DNA of 64,000 nucleotides from Thalia democratica (taxonomy: Eukaryota). The stretch is from positions 7,316,001-7,380,000 of the forward strand of contig OZ241829.1 of assembly GCA_965202585.1 (NCBI GenBank). Reading direction: 5' to 3'. The notes under the pieces were generated by a model. The model was given only the letters and a program-made list of their open reading frames with translations. It was not told where the DNA came from and did not search any database. This document shows positions 9,341-21,900 of this stretch, in pieces (positions within the stretch are counted from its first letter, which is position 1; the number at the start of each line of letters is the position of its first letter). A program made the position numbers and the translations under genes.

Positions 9341-10380
9341 AGACTGCTGATTTGAGACACTTTTTCACCATAAAGGTAAAGAATTTTCTCTGAAATCATG
9401 AAAAAAAAAAGATAATTAATCATATGGTAAGAGTAGGAGACTGTTGGTTTGAGATACTTTTTCAACATAAAGAAAAAACTTTCCTCTGAAATCATAAAAT
9501 ATTAGATAATTAATCATATGATCAGAGTAGAATACTGTTGATTCAAGATACTTTCAAAACATACAGACATTATTTACATTTCTTTTCTAGCATAAACAGT
9601 TTAAATTTCAACTGTTAAAGACAATGCTAATATTTTTTTCAAACCAAGTAATTTATTTTATGTGTCTGCTTTTAGTACCTTTTATTACTTACAAAAAGGT
9701 AAACTCTAAAATGATTTATGAAAGTAAAGTAAAAAATGACAAGAGCTGCTACCAGTAACACAACATTTTACTAATGAATGCAATTTCATAAATATTTCTG
9801 CAAACAGAATTGAACATGATTATCACAATAAAGTAGAAGTCTGTTGATTTAAGACAATTTTTTAACATACAGGTAAAGACTTTTCTGTGAAGTTGTCAAC
9901 AAAAAGAAAGTAAAACACAAGATTGTTACTATAAAGTAGAAATCTGCTGATTTAAGACAGTTTTTCAACATACAGGTAAAGACTTTTCTTTGAAGTTGTA
10001 AACAAAAAGATAATTAAACACAAGATCATCACTATAAAGTAGAAGTCTGTTGATTTAAATCACTTTGGCAACATGCAGATGATGTAGATTTGTTTTGTGT
10101 TCTTTTTTTTCAACCATAAACAGTTCAAGTTTCAACTTTTAAAGACAACTTTGATTTTTTTCATACTAAGTGATTTATACTAAGTGATTGGTTTTGAATT
10201 GTATGTGCTTGTACTTAAAGTACCTTTTATAACTTACAAAAACTTATAAAAGGAAAACTCTAAAAATACTTATGTAAAGAAAGTTTAAGTAAAAATTTGA
10301 TGACCTACCACTCCTATGAAAACTTTCCTAAAATGAATTGCAATTTCTTAAAAAATTTCTGCAAACAGAATTTTTGTATA
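9341..10380. repeat. Old nested duplications: six ~40-bp cores in two triplets (spacing ~95-103 bp within a triplet) inside a ~500-bp tandem duplication
   Basis: Cores like agtctgttgatttaagacaattttttaacatacaggtaaag at ~9341, 9438, 9532, 9838, 9941 and 10044; 9595-9820 resembles 10108-10375. Confidence 0.7.
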
Positions 10381-10489
10381 ATTACGTAACAAATAAATCT
10401 TGTGCAAAAAATTCACTTGGTGACATTCACGAGTTCTCTCTTCTCTCGCTTTGATAATTTTAAGCTAATTTTAAACTTTTAGCTATACT

Positions 10490-11165
10490 TTTTTTAAACC
10501 TTGGTTTTTTCAAAAAAAAAATTTACCATCATGTCGAGCGCCGAATTCTGCTTCAAAAAACACCAAACACTTTATAAAAAGGATGAAAAATAAGCAAAAT
10601 AGAACTTAAAAACTTCAAAGCTTTGAATTTAAATTTTAAGTTTTGTCAAACTTGTTAAAGGTGTTTCACTTTATCATAATTATTTCAGTATTATTTGTCA
10701 AGTTTCACTAAAGTAAAGATTTAACTTTTTTTTATACTAAAACTTTTTTATGTTTTTCATTTAAAACATAGTGATAAAAATGACCAATAATCTAACACTT
10801 TAAGCTAACAGCTAACATTTACATTGAAAGCTACTGAAATCTAGTTGATAAAACTTATTGATTAGTGTAGTACTTATTTATAAATTAATGCTTAACTCTA
10901 GAATTAAAGAGAACATTTAGTTGCAATAAGTATGAGAATACACACTTATACAAACACCAATGTTTAGCTTAACTTTACAAACTTTAATGGGACGTATCAA
11001 AACACTAACAATGCTGTTAAGCAAAGTAAAAAAACGTTAACCTGTTTTTAAACTTTTGTCTATGTTTTTTTAAAACCTTGTTTTACTTTTAAATAAATTT
11101 TACCACCATGTCGAGCACCAAATCCTGCTTAAAAAAACACCAAACAGTTTAAAAAAAGGATGCAT
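10490..11165. repeat. Dispersed ~100-bp direct repeat pair (10490-10595 and ~11065-11165)
   Basis: ttaccatcatgtcgagcgccgaattctgcttcaaaaaacaccaaac vs ttaccaccatgtcgagcaccaaatcctgcttaaaaaaacaccaaac. Confidence 0.7.
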
Positions 11166-11998
11166 ATAAAAATATTTATAATAGTAAAACGGTTGACTTA
11201 CTTTTTACTGATCATAGACTTAAGATTTTCTAAATATATTTCCTATTGTTATAAGTATCTAAAATATACATATCTATAAATTATATTTGTTGTAAGCGAT
11301 TTTTTTGATTTATAACCTGTCTATTTTCAAAGCTACTTTATAAACTTCAATCAATAATAAATATTAAAACTTTTTTATACATATTTTGCGTCATTTTTAC
11401 AACTTAGCTTAAATTTTTATAAACTTCAAAATATATACTTAATAAACAGATTATTCTACCTTTAATTACGTATTAAAGTTGTATAAAGTATGTAAGAATA
11501 CCCTTTTGCTTTACAATTAAGAATAACTTTTTAATCTAATAGAGTTAATATTATTTCAATGATTTCTAGCTATATAAGAAGTTAGTTTTGATAGCTCTAT
11601 ATACATATATTGAATGATAATAAAGACTAACATTCTTTTGCTAATACATTTATTAATTTAACTGCTGATAACAGCAAACAGACCGAAAATCAGCTACTTC
11701 AACACCCGTACTTAACCCTAAATTATTAAATTAACTTTAATAAAAACATAAATTAATTGTGGTTTATAGTCTTAGAAGGATTTTAAACTTTTAAGTTTGA
11801 ATCAACTCAAAAACTAACGCTGTCGAATGCTATATAAATAAAGTTTTAATGCTAATCTATCAAAACCATCTTTAACTATCTGTTTGTTTTCCAATTATTT
11901 TTAAACTCTATAGTCTACACAATTTCGTTAAACAAAACTGTAAATAAAAAATGAAAACAAATTTTATTTTAAAAACCATTTATCCGTTTTAAATACAG

Positions 11999-14094
11999 TG
12001 TCACATCCAGTTGACGAAGTTGATCTACTTGCCCAGGAGACTTGGTGAGAGTTGGTAAAGGAGAATTGTCTTGTTTGACTTGAAAAAATCACTAAAATTG
12101 ACGTCACAATGCTGCCAAGTCACCTAGAGTTTAAGGTTAGCCAACATTAGCTTGTAAACTCAAAAAACTATTAAAATAAAGTATATTTCGTCAAACTTTC
12201 ATAAGTTAAGAGAAAATTATAAGTTTATTAACTTTATCAAAGAATAAGTTATATATATAGTAATTGTAAACTAAGCTAACTAGTTGAAAGCTGAAATAAG
12301 ATTTATTTTTGTCCGAGGAGTCCCTGGAATTTTAAGCGCAACGAGGTCAGGAAACAATTTAATGTTGGTAACCATGTTAAATTTATCAATGGAAAGCATA
12401 TGATTCATACAGGTAACAATAAACGCTAATGTAAACTTTCAGCGATTATTATTACTTGTTCAGCTAAAGTTTTAGATAATGTTCAAGCTAATATGGATTT
12501 TACCTCGTTATAGTTTTAAGTTAATAGTATAAGTAGCTTTAAAGTTATATTTTTATAAAATTATTTTGAACTTTTGTTATAGTTTTCTGTGTTTTAGAAT
12601 TAGTGAATGTTGTTATTATAATAACTTAAATTTTTTAATCAACTTTACGGTTACTGTGTATATAATAATAGTAGTAAAAAAGTACAATACGTTTTTTTCG
12701 TACTATGAATAATAAATACAAATATTTTTTTATTTTAAAGCTGAAACACATATACTTATTATATTTATTTAAACAGGTCTAGTATTGACAGTTAAACCGA
12801 ATAATGTTGTCATCATAGCAGACCTGACACTAGGAAAGCTGGAAGTTTTGCCTCGAGACCTGCACCTATTCGATAGGAGGTTTCAAATACAGCAACTGTT
12901 AAAATGTTGTCTAATACAATGTGATGCATGATTGAATAAAAAAAAATCAATTAGAAAAATATGTTGTAGTGCGAAGTACATATAAACAAGTCGAACGAAA
13001 ATTAAATATTATATTGATTGTTTGTATTGACAAACAGTTGTTAAAATTTTAATTTTATCATCAATTAATTTTCAATTTTAAAGTGACAAAATAAGTCTTT
13101 ACCACTTTGTCTACAAAATGTCTAGAAATCAGCCCTATCGACTTTAAATGATTAGGCCTTTCTTGAAATTAACATTGAGAAAAACTACAAAAAAATTGAA
13201 ATGAAATAACATTAAGTATATTTGTGAAGACTTTGAAGTATATTTGTGAAGACTTTAAACTTATTTATAAAGGGCTGCCAACCTCTACCTTAGATTTTTA
13301 AAAAACTTTTATGTAGCTATAAAATAATTTCAAGTATGAAACAATCGAAATTTACTTTATTAAATTTTATTTTTAAGTATTTTTAATAATTTAAGTAAAC
13401 TTAGTAGGATTATATTTTTTTGGGCAGTTATATTACCTCTATTGTGTACTGATTTTATTTTGACAGGTGCTAAAGCAGAATGTGTGTTTTAAATAGAAGT
13501 GCTTTTTATCTTACATGATTTACCGATTTGAGTAATTTGTACTCAAAGCAATTATATAAAACTTTTTTAAAAGTTAACCAAGTACAGTAGGTTTTCGCTT
13601 AAGTACGTATCTAGTACGTATCTAATTACAACTAATTTTGAACACTGACCTTAAAGTAAACTCTACCAATATGAAATTATAAATTTACAGCTTTTTAAGT
13701 TTGCTTTTTTTGAACTAGAATATCTTAAATAAGAATTCTTTAGAGCAAGTCTTCTACTTTATTGGGTGTTGTGAATATAAAACTAGTGCACTGCTAAGCT
13801 TTAAAACTTTTGTACGCTAGCTATTACATTATGCATATAATTCATATTTTTGTTGAACAGTATTAATAAATTGTCTAATATTGTTTCATTTCGTAAATTT
13901 AGAGAAAACATTTAAGAATTGATGTTAATGAAAAATACGCAAGAAATAAACAATTTAACAGCGGTCATAAAGTTTTCGGAAAAAAGTATTACGGCACAGA
14001 ATCTGAAGTAATACGAGATTTTGTATTACTTCATTCAAATTATAAAACATTACTAAACTTAGTTCAAAATATTTATTATTATATGATAATATAA
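11999..14094 (+). pseudogene. SPT5: SPT5 (SUPT5H)-like transcription elongation factor relic, KOW2-KOW4 exons
   Basis: Exon 11999-12135: PGDLVRVGKGELSCLT*K...VTMLPSHLEFK (human PGDNVEVCEGELINLQGK...ITIMPKHEDLK). Exon 12318-12412: ESLEF/KRNEVRKQFNVGNHVKFINGKHMIHTG ([25 protein letters not shown]...TG). Exon 12777-~12880: LVLTVKPNNVVIIADLTLGKLEVLPRDLHL ([30 protein letters not shown]). 13903-14094: GTESEVIRDFVLLHS (GREGEI..FRSFAFLHC). Correct domain order and GT/AG bounds on the first exons, but with stops and frameshifts. Confidence 0.8.
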
Positions 14095-15096
14095 CATAAA
14101 GAACTTATTATTTATTTTTGAGTGAATAATAAAACATGTTAGCAAAAGGTGTTTTATAAACTGATAAGCTTTAAAAGCTATCAATACAATGAACCTTTTC
14201 ATATTAAAAGCAAATGAAAAAATAAATGATAACTATTGAAAAGTATATTTTTTATCATGTTTCTGACTAATATGACATTATACTAATTCAATAATGCTGT
14301 GAATTCGGACTTATGTTGACGTGTTTTGAACTAAACTCTTTTGAAAACCTTTATGTGAGTTGACGTTTGTTTATCAGGTTCACTAATAGTATGTATTGGG
14401 TATGATGATGCAATTTCTTATAACTAAAGTTTTGACATTTTTTCTCGTAATATAAACAAACTACTGAGTTAATTTTTTTAGTTTGTTATAGAGTTGTTTT
14501 TTTATTAAAGATAGTTTATTGAGATAGATTAACAATATTATAATGCTATTAGCTGTTAAAAATTATTTATTTATAAAATAAGTTTAACTTTATTTTTAAC
14601 ATTCTGTTAAGTTAACAATATTTTTATAAAAAGATTTTTTTTATAGACAATTTATGTTTCAATCCTTTTTGACAAGTATCATAAAAAGGAAATAACTAGG
14701 ATATTTTACTGTTTGTCAGTTCAGACCCTTAAATTAATTTTTGAATAACTTGAACTTTATTACAATATCAGCAAAAATTATGACTTTTTCAAAAGTCTTA
14801 ATTAGTTACTACAAACCATCTGTTTTATTAGTTGAAAAATTTAAGTTTACCGTAAAATATTACAACTCACTTTATTGTTCTTATTATTATTGTATCAAGG
14901 TTTTATATATAAGTAAATGTTAAAAATTTTAGGAAGTAAAAGTGCAAAATAAATCGTAGTGTTAAGATATTGAAAAAAAATATACAAATAAAAAACTATT
15001 TTTATTAAGGTTATTTTTGAAGTAATTAAAAATCCAAACATTCTACTTTTTTAACAGCTTTAAAAATTTAGATCAGATAAAATAACTAATAATTAT

Positions 15097-15826
15097 TTAG
15101 ATAAGTTCTTCCAGTTTCACTCTTGTTACTGGATCCGGATTTAGCATGCGAACAATCAAATCAAACAAATCCTTTTCTCCAGCGTCGCTCTTATCAAAAT
15201 AAGACTCTATCTTCTTAACTTCGCCTTTTATGTATACAAACTCTGGCTCTTTCAAAAAATCTATTTCATTTTCATCTATTGACAACTTTTGACCAACCTT
15301 CTTCTTTTTATCATCTTCGGTCAATTTCAAGTTTATCCTCTTGATTTCATGTTGAGTAAATGGACCAATCATCAAGTGGATCATCCTGAAAAGTTCCTGA
15401 ACAGTATCCACCTTGAAAAGTAATTTTCCTGTGAAAAGTTCAAACAAAGTGCAGCCGATCGACCAAACGTCGCATGGATACCCGATCTGTTTAAATAAAA
15501 CTAATGTTAAATTTATAGATCCTAGTTTAATTACAAGGCAAAACATACAAGTACTTGGTTTATAAGAATATACTTCTTTTGAAGATAATGGCTTACTCTT
15601 TTAAAGATATTTATTTTTAATAAGTTGCTTGTTTAAGTAAAGTAGTTTACTTACTGAGTAATCTACTTAAACAACCTTGTGGCCCATTATGACGTCAGGA
15701 GCGCGGTACTGAAGTGTTGTTATGACGTCAAAGTTGAATTCTTCCTCCCAGTACACAGAGCCAAGGTCGCACAATTTGATGTCAGGCTTCATGTAAAAAT
15801 CATTTTTCCACTGGTGGTAGTAATAC
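15097..15826 (-). CDS. CMGC kinase C-lobe exons (15826-15676, 15486-15097), copy 2
   Basis: Same two exons and splice sites, both open; differs from copy 1 by a few synonymous and non-synonymous changes. Confidence 0.85.
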
Positions 15827-15949
15827 CTGTTTAACAAAAATGTAAATAAACTACATATTATTTAATCATTAACATTTGAATATTAATAAATATCTGTATA
15901 GTTTAAAATAGAATAACAAATATTTCTTTAGTGAGACGTATAATGGCAT

Positions 15950-18351
15950 TGAAATTTGAGTTAAATTACAAACGATATTAATTAAAACTGCTTAAAGCAC
16001 GTTTTTTAATAAAATTATACTGTTCATTTAGACCTCAAGTTAAACGAACTATGAGTTACCCCATAATCGAGTATCACAAAATATACTTGAAATTTAAGTT
16101 AAATTACAAACGATATTAATTAAAACTGCTTAAAGCACGTTTTTTAATAAAATTATACTGTTCATTATAAATATAAAGTTTAAATTAGACCTCAAATTAA
16201 ACGAACTATGAGTTACCCCATAATTGAGTATCACAAAATATACTTGAAATTTAAGTTAAATGACAAACGATATTAATTAAAACTGCTTAAAGCACGTTTT
16301 TTAATAAAAATATATTATTCATTAAAAATATAAAGTTTCATTTAGACCTCAAGTTAAACGAACTATGAGTTACCCCATAATTGAGTATCACAAAATATAC
16401 TTGAAATTTAAGTTAAATGACAAACGATATTAATTAAAACTGCTTAAAGCACGTTTTTTAATAAAAATATATTATTCATTAAAAATATAAAGTTTCATTT
16501 AGACCTCAAGTTAAACGAACTATGAGTTACCCCATAACCGAGTATCACAAAATATACTTGAAATTTAAATTAAATTACAAACGAGATTAAATCAAACTGC
16601 TTAAAGCACGTTTTTTAATAAAAATATACTATTCATTACAAATATAAAGTTTCATTTAGACCTCAAATTAAACGAACTATGAGTTACCCCATAATCGAGT
16701 ATCACAAAATATACTTGAAATTTAAGTTAAATTACAAACGATATTAATTAAAACTGCTTAAAGCACGTTTTTTAATAAAATTATACTGTTCATTATAAAT
16801 ATAAAGTTTCATTTAGACCTCAAGTTAAACGAACTATGAGTTACCCCATAATCGAGTATCACAAAATATACTTGAAATTTAAGTTAAATTACAGACGATA
16901 TTAATTAAAACTGCTTAAAGCACGTTTTTTAATAAAATTATACTGTTCATTATAAATATAAAGTTTTAATTAGACCTCAAATTAAACGAACTATGAGTTA
17001 CCCCATAATTGAGTTTCACAAAATATACTTGAAACTTAAGTTAAATGACAAACGATATTAATTAAAACTGCTTAAAGCACGTTTTTTAATAAAAATATAT
17101 TATTCATTAAAAATATAAAGTTTCATTTAGACCTCAAGTTAAACGAACTATGAGTTACCCCATAATTGAGTATCACAAAATATACTTGAAATTTAAGTTA
17201 AATGACAAACGATATTAATTAAAACTGCTTAAAGCACGTTTTTTAATAAAAATATATTATTCATTAAAAATATAAAGTTTCATTTAGACCTCAAATTAAA
17301 CGAACTATGAGTTACCCCATAACCGAGTATCACAAAATATACTTGAAATTTAAATAAAATTACAAATGAGATTAAATCAAACTGCTTAAAGCACGTTTTT
17401 TAATAAAAATATACTATTCATTACAAATATAAAGTTTCATTTAGACCTCAAATTAAACGAACTATGAGTTACCCCATAATCGAGTATCACAAAATATACT
17501 TAAAATTTAAGTTAAATTACAAACGATATTAATTAAAACTGCTTAAAGCACGTTTTTTAATAAAATTATACTGTTCATTATAAATATAAAGTTTCATTTA
17601 GACCTCAAGTTAAACGAACTATGAGTTACCCCATAATCGAGTATCACAAAATATACTTGAAATTTAAGTTAAATTACAAACGGTATTAATTAAAACTGCT
17701 TAAAGCACGATTTTTAATAAAATTATACTGTTCATTATAAATATAAAGTTTAAATTAGACCTCAAATTAAACGAACTATGAGTTACCCCATAATCGAGTA
17801 TCACAAAATATACTTGAAATTTAAGTTAAATTACAAACGATATTAATTAAAACTGCTTAAAGCACGTTTTTTAATAAAATTATACTGTTCATTATAAATA
17901 TAAAGTTTCATTTAGACCTCAAGTTAAACGAACTATGAGTTACCCCATAATCGAGTATCACAAAATATACTTGAAATTTAAGTTAAATTACAAACGATAT
18001 TAATTAAAACTGCTTAAAGCACGTTTTTTAATAAAATTATACTGTTCATTATAAATATAAAGTTTAAATTAGACCTCAAATTAAACGAACTATGAGTTAC
18101 CCCATAATCGAGTATCACAAAATATACTTGAAATTTAAGTTAAATTACAAACGATATTAATTAAAACTGCTTAAAGCACGTTTTTTAATAAAATTATACT
18201 GTTCATTATAAATATAAAGTTTAAATTAGACCTCAAATTAAACGAACTATGAGTTACCCCATAATCGAGTATCACAAAATATACTTGAAATTTAAGTTAA
18301 ATTACAAACGAGATTAATTAAAACTGCTTAAAGCACGTTTTTTAATAAAAT
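15950..18351. repeat. 157-bp tandem array, 15 monomers + partial, with a 5-monomer higher-order duplication
   Basis: 15 ttacccc cores; first monomer 138 bp (19-bp deletion), the rest 157 bp. Confidence 0.97.
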
Positions 18352-18553
18352 ACAAATAGAGACCTTATAAGACCAACCAAGCACCTTCTACGACAAATAT
18401 CGCTCCTACAAAGTACTTGGCTAGTACTGATTTAACTGCTTCTAGAAAAAATAGTACTTCCATCGTTTTTGGTCCTACACGTGGTTATGATCCACCTGGT
18501 TCGAGATTTCTCGGAAGTCACCTTCAAAAAGAACCCACACCAGTAATTACAAC

Positions 18554-18913
18554 TTGCTTATGCTCGATTTCAATCGCGTAAACTCCACATTAAGCAGGGT
18601 CATAAGAAATCAGCAGTCAGATCACACGCTGTTGGAAGAACTTAAGCAGCAAATAGACCGTAACCTCAAAACGTATGAAAGTCGCTTTGATTCGCTTGAT
18701 CAAAGTGCAGCTGATAATCAAAACCGTTTTGATAACATTGTCAAGCGCTTTGACTATTTTGATAAACTTCATGATGATGCAAAAGGCGAAAGAAGGCAAA
18801 GGTGCGCAACCATTGCAAGTGTGTTACAAGTCGTTTTTCTAATTGCAATAATTGTGTTATTGTCTGTACAGTTGTACTACATTAATCAGCTCTTCTCAAG
18901 TTTCTCTGAATAA
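18554..18913 (+). CDS. Coiled-coil + C-terminal TM ORF, copy 2
   Basis: Identical 119-aa translation. Confidence 0.55.
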   Translation: MLMLDFNRVNSTLSRVIRNQQSDHTLLEELKQQIDRNLKTYESRFDSLDQSAADNQNRFDNIVKRFDYFDKLHDDAKGERRQRCATIASVLQVVFLIAIIVLLSVQLYYINQLFSSFSE

Positions 18914-21900
18914 CTTTTATAAATTAATTTCAGACTTCAGACTTGTGATCACCTTCTTTTTCAGTGTCACTTTTATCAGATCTTTTTTTTTATACTCTTT
19001 TGATTTATTGTCAATTTTTACCGCCTTAGCTGTTAATTCAGTTATTCGTTTTTAATAAATATTTATAAAATTAACTTTGTTATATTATTTATTATAATTA
19101 GTTTAAAAGATAAATAGTATCAGCATTATATATACTAACTATAAAACAAGAAAATAGTTCACAAAAAAAATAGAAATGAAGAAAAGTAACCTACCTTTTA
19201 GGAGCTGTAACATAGATGCTAATTAAAGTAAAAATTCTTAGTTATTGAAAATAGTTAAACTAAAAAAATAAGATTAAAAAAGTCAACGAAATTTTGTTAG
19301 TTAAAAAGTTTTGCAGTGCGGACTCGAACTCGGGTCTCTGGATTGGAAGGCACCGGTGGTGACCTCTCCGCCATGATTCCACTTAGATACTATTACATTT
19401 TCGAGTATACATAACAAAATTATTTTCATAATCGATGTTTTGGCAACTATCAATGAAACTCGAACCCAAAATATTTTATTGGAATAAGCACAATGGAGTT
19501 AATTTGAAGCTGTATCAAAAAGTAGTGTATAAATACAACATTAAACAATTTTTGATGATTTTTATACCTTTCAAAGACAGTTCACTTGTTAACACACTAT
19601 TGCACAGTCAGTTAGTTTTACTATTAATCTAATCGCAACCCTTACCGTTGGTCAGTAATTTTTTTTCTTAACATATTCAAAGAAAGCTTTTTGGTATCAT
19701 TGCTCATTTTCCGAAAAAAAAAACTGGAAAACTTACAAAAAGTCATAAAAATAACATAAAATCAAAAATTCCTCAACAAAACTTCATTTGAGTCGTTTCA
19801 AAATGTTCACAATCTGTTTGTGTGTAGCCACATTTAAAATAAATCAGCTTAAAACTCCAAGGTCGCTTTTTTTTGATCCCATTTTGCATTGGCGTGGAAA
19901 TTAGAAAATCGGTTTGAGGTAAGGTGAAAGTTTCTTCAAATCATTTAAGTCAACACAGAAAAATTAACACCAAAGCATAACTTTTTTAACAACTTTTCTA
20001 ACCATATTTTAGTTCTTTGTGTTTGTTTTTAATGAAATTAGAACTATTCTATTCAATTTATGTTTTTTGAACTAAGTTTATTCTATTCGTTGATATTTGT
20101 AAATACCTTCTGTTACGGAATTATTGTTTTGAAAACGGAATACTTTTGTACATAGTAAAGTTAAAGAATAATTTAAGATGCTGACTAATTAAACCTAAAA
20201 TATTGATAAAATTTTATCAACAAAACTGATTACCACCGGTCTCGATCTCGCGACCTTCTGCTCACGCATAAGGTCGGCGATCGCTGAACCACACAACCAC
20301 TTGCTTGTTGACTTCAATGCTGGTATATAAAGTTTAAAAACTTTAGATTTATATAAGTTCATTTAGTACTTATTAGTTTACCTTTCTGTAAATTGCTATT
20401 ATTTTTTATTTGAAACATATTTACAAAGATAAGACTGTTTTTTTTTACACATAACGTTTACGTGAATTTTAATACTTGAAAGTTTTCCATTCAAAAGCTG
20501 CATAAGCAGAGCAAGTGTACTTATTAAAGGCAGTTTAGATTTTTGTTGCTTAAATCTAATTTAAAAGAACAAAACTGATTAAATGCTTTGATAATAAGAA
20601 AAATTCAGCAAAACTTTTTTTTGTACATTTAAAGTATTAAAACTTTATAAATTAAACAAACTTATCCAGCTTTAATTAGCTATTATGGCAAAACAGATGC
20701 AAATATAACCTAACAGTTTATATATTATCGAAAATCAGAACTAAAGCAAAGGAGATATATTTCAAAATTAAAATCAACATTATAACAGTATTTATATCAC
20801 AAAGCAAAGTTTTAGAAACATCACAAGCATTTACGTTGTCGTTTTTATATTTTGTTGAACCAGCCAGTAATGAAAATTATATGGGTATGAATAAAATGTG
20901 GTAGAATATCTAAATTTTTAAATCATCAATGCCAGGAATTCTAATTTACCTGCCTGGACTTTTATGTCAAATAAATTCACGTGGTTGCTTATAATAATGA
21001 TAAATTTAAGATTATTGATTGTAATGTCTAATTAAGCAGAAGTATAATAAAGAATGTAAGGCTGAACTACATTAATCCCAGGCGTTTCTACAGTTAAAAG
21101 ACCAAGTTTACCCTTCATTTTACATAGACGAAATGATTTGATTTTTTAAAATAATGAAAGGTGTTAAGGTTAACCGAGAAAAAAAAGATACTTTAAAAAA
21201 CTTAAACTTAGTAGATGTACTTCAAAACATAGGTAAAAAGGATATTAATGTCTTTCAAACTAATTAACAGCAAATTTATGCTTAGATATAAGACATTAGA
21301 AAGCATTGTATATGATACACATAAAAAACCCTGTAGACCAAAACCTTGGCTTAGATGGCACTAAATAATTGTTATTAAAATATAACTAAAAATAAAAACT
21401 TAAAATTATAATGGTACTTAGTCGGTGTAACGGTATTTGATTTATTTATCAAAAGTACAGAGCTGGTACCTACCATTGTTTATTTATTTTAACACATACG
21501 GTGGTAAATAAAGTTACATATAATGGTTAAATCTAATAGAGACCTTTAAACTCATAAAGGCTCTAAATGGAATTTTATTTGAACTGTAATTATTACTTAA
21601 AAGAAACAGTTTAATGTTTTAAATTTATAGCTAAATACATATGTTGTTTGTGATATAAAACTAGAAACGATCATGTAAATCATATAAAAATTAGATTCAT
21701 TTATATACAGCAGTAAAATATTTAAGAGCTAATTGCCATATATATTTGTATCTGTTAGTTTAATTAAGATGCACATTATCCAATACATGGACATATAGTT
21801 AGTGTTATTCATTACTATATAAGTTGCTTTATTCAACTTAAAAATATAGAGCAATTAAATAATTTATAAAACATACCATACACATACAACTAAAGTGTAA

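Larger units (their letters stand above)
1..13994. repeat. Large tandem repeat unit 1 (13,994 bp)
   Basis: The start marker cacagaatctgaagtaatacgag recurs at 13995, 30033, 40814 and 55608 with collinear content. This unit is shorter because it has only 3 monomers of the 157-bp array and a 191-bp deletion near 5199. Confidence 0.97.

Noticed and set aside
9830-10080. C2H2 zinc fingers on the minus strand (FTCMLKNCLKS)
   Set aside because: No His pair follows, and the 103-bp period breaks the frame.
11658-11728. Plus-strand kinase C-terminus (..NQLLQHPYL)
   Set aside because: An isolated short motif with no other plus-strand kinase subdomains nearby.
15950-18351. CRISPR-like array
   Set aside because: Monomers repeat along their whole length with no unique spacers; the context is eukaryotic and there are no cas genes.
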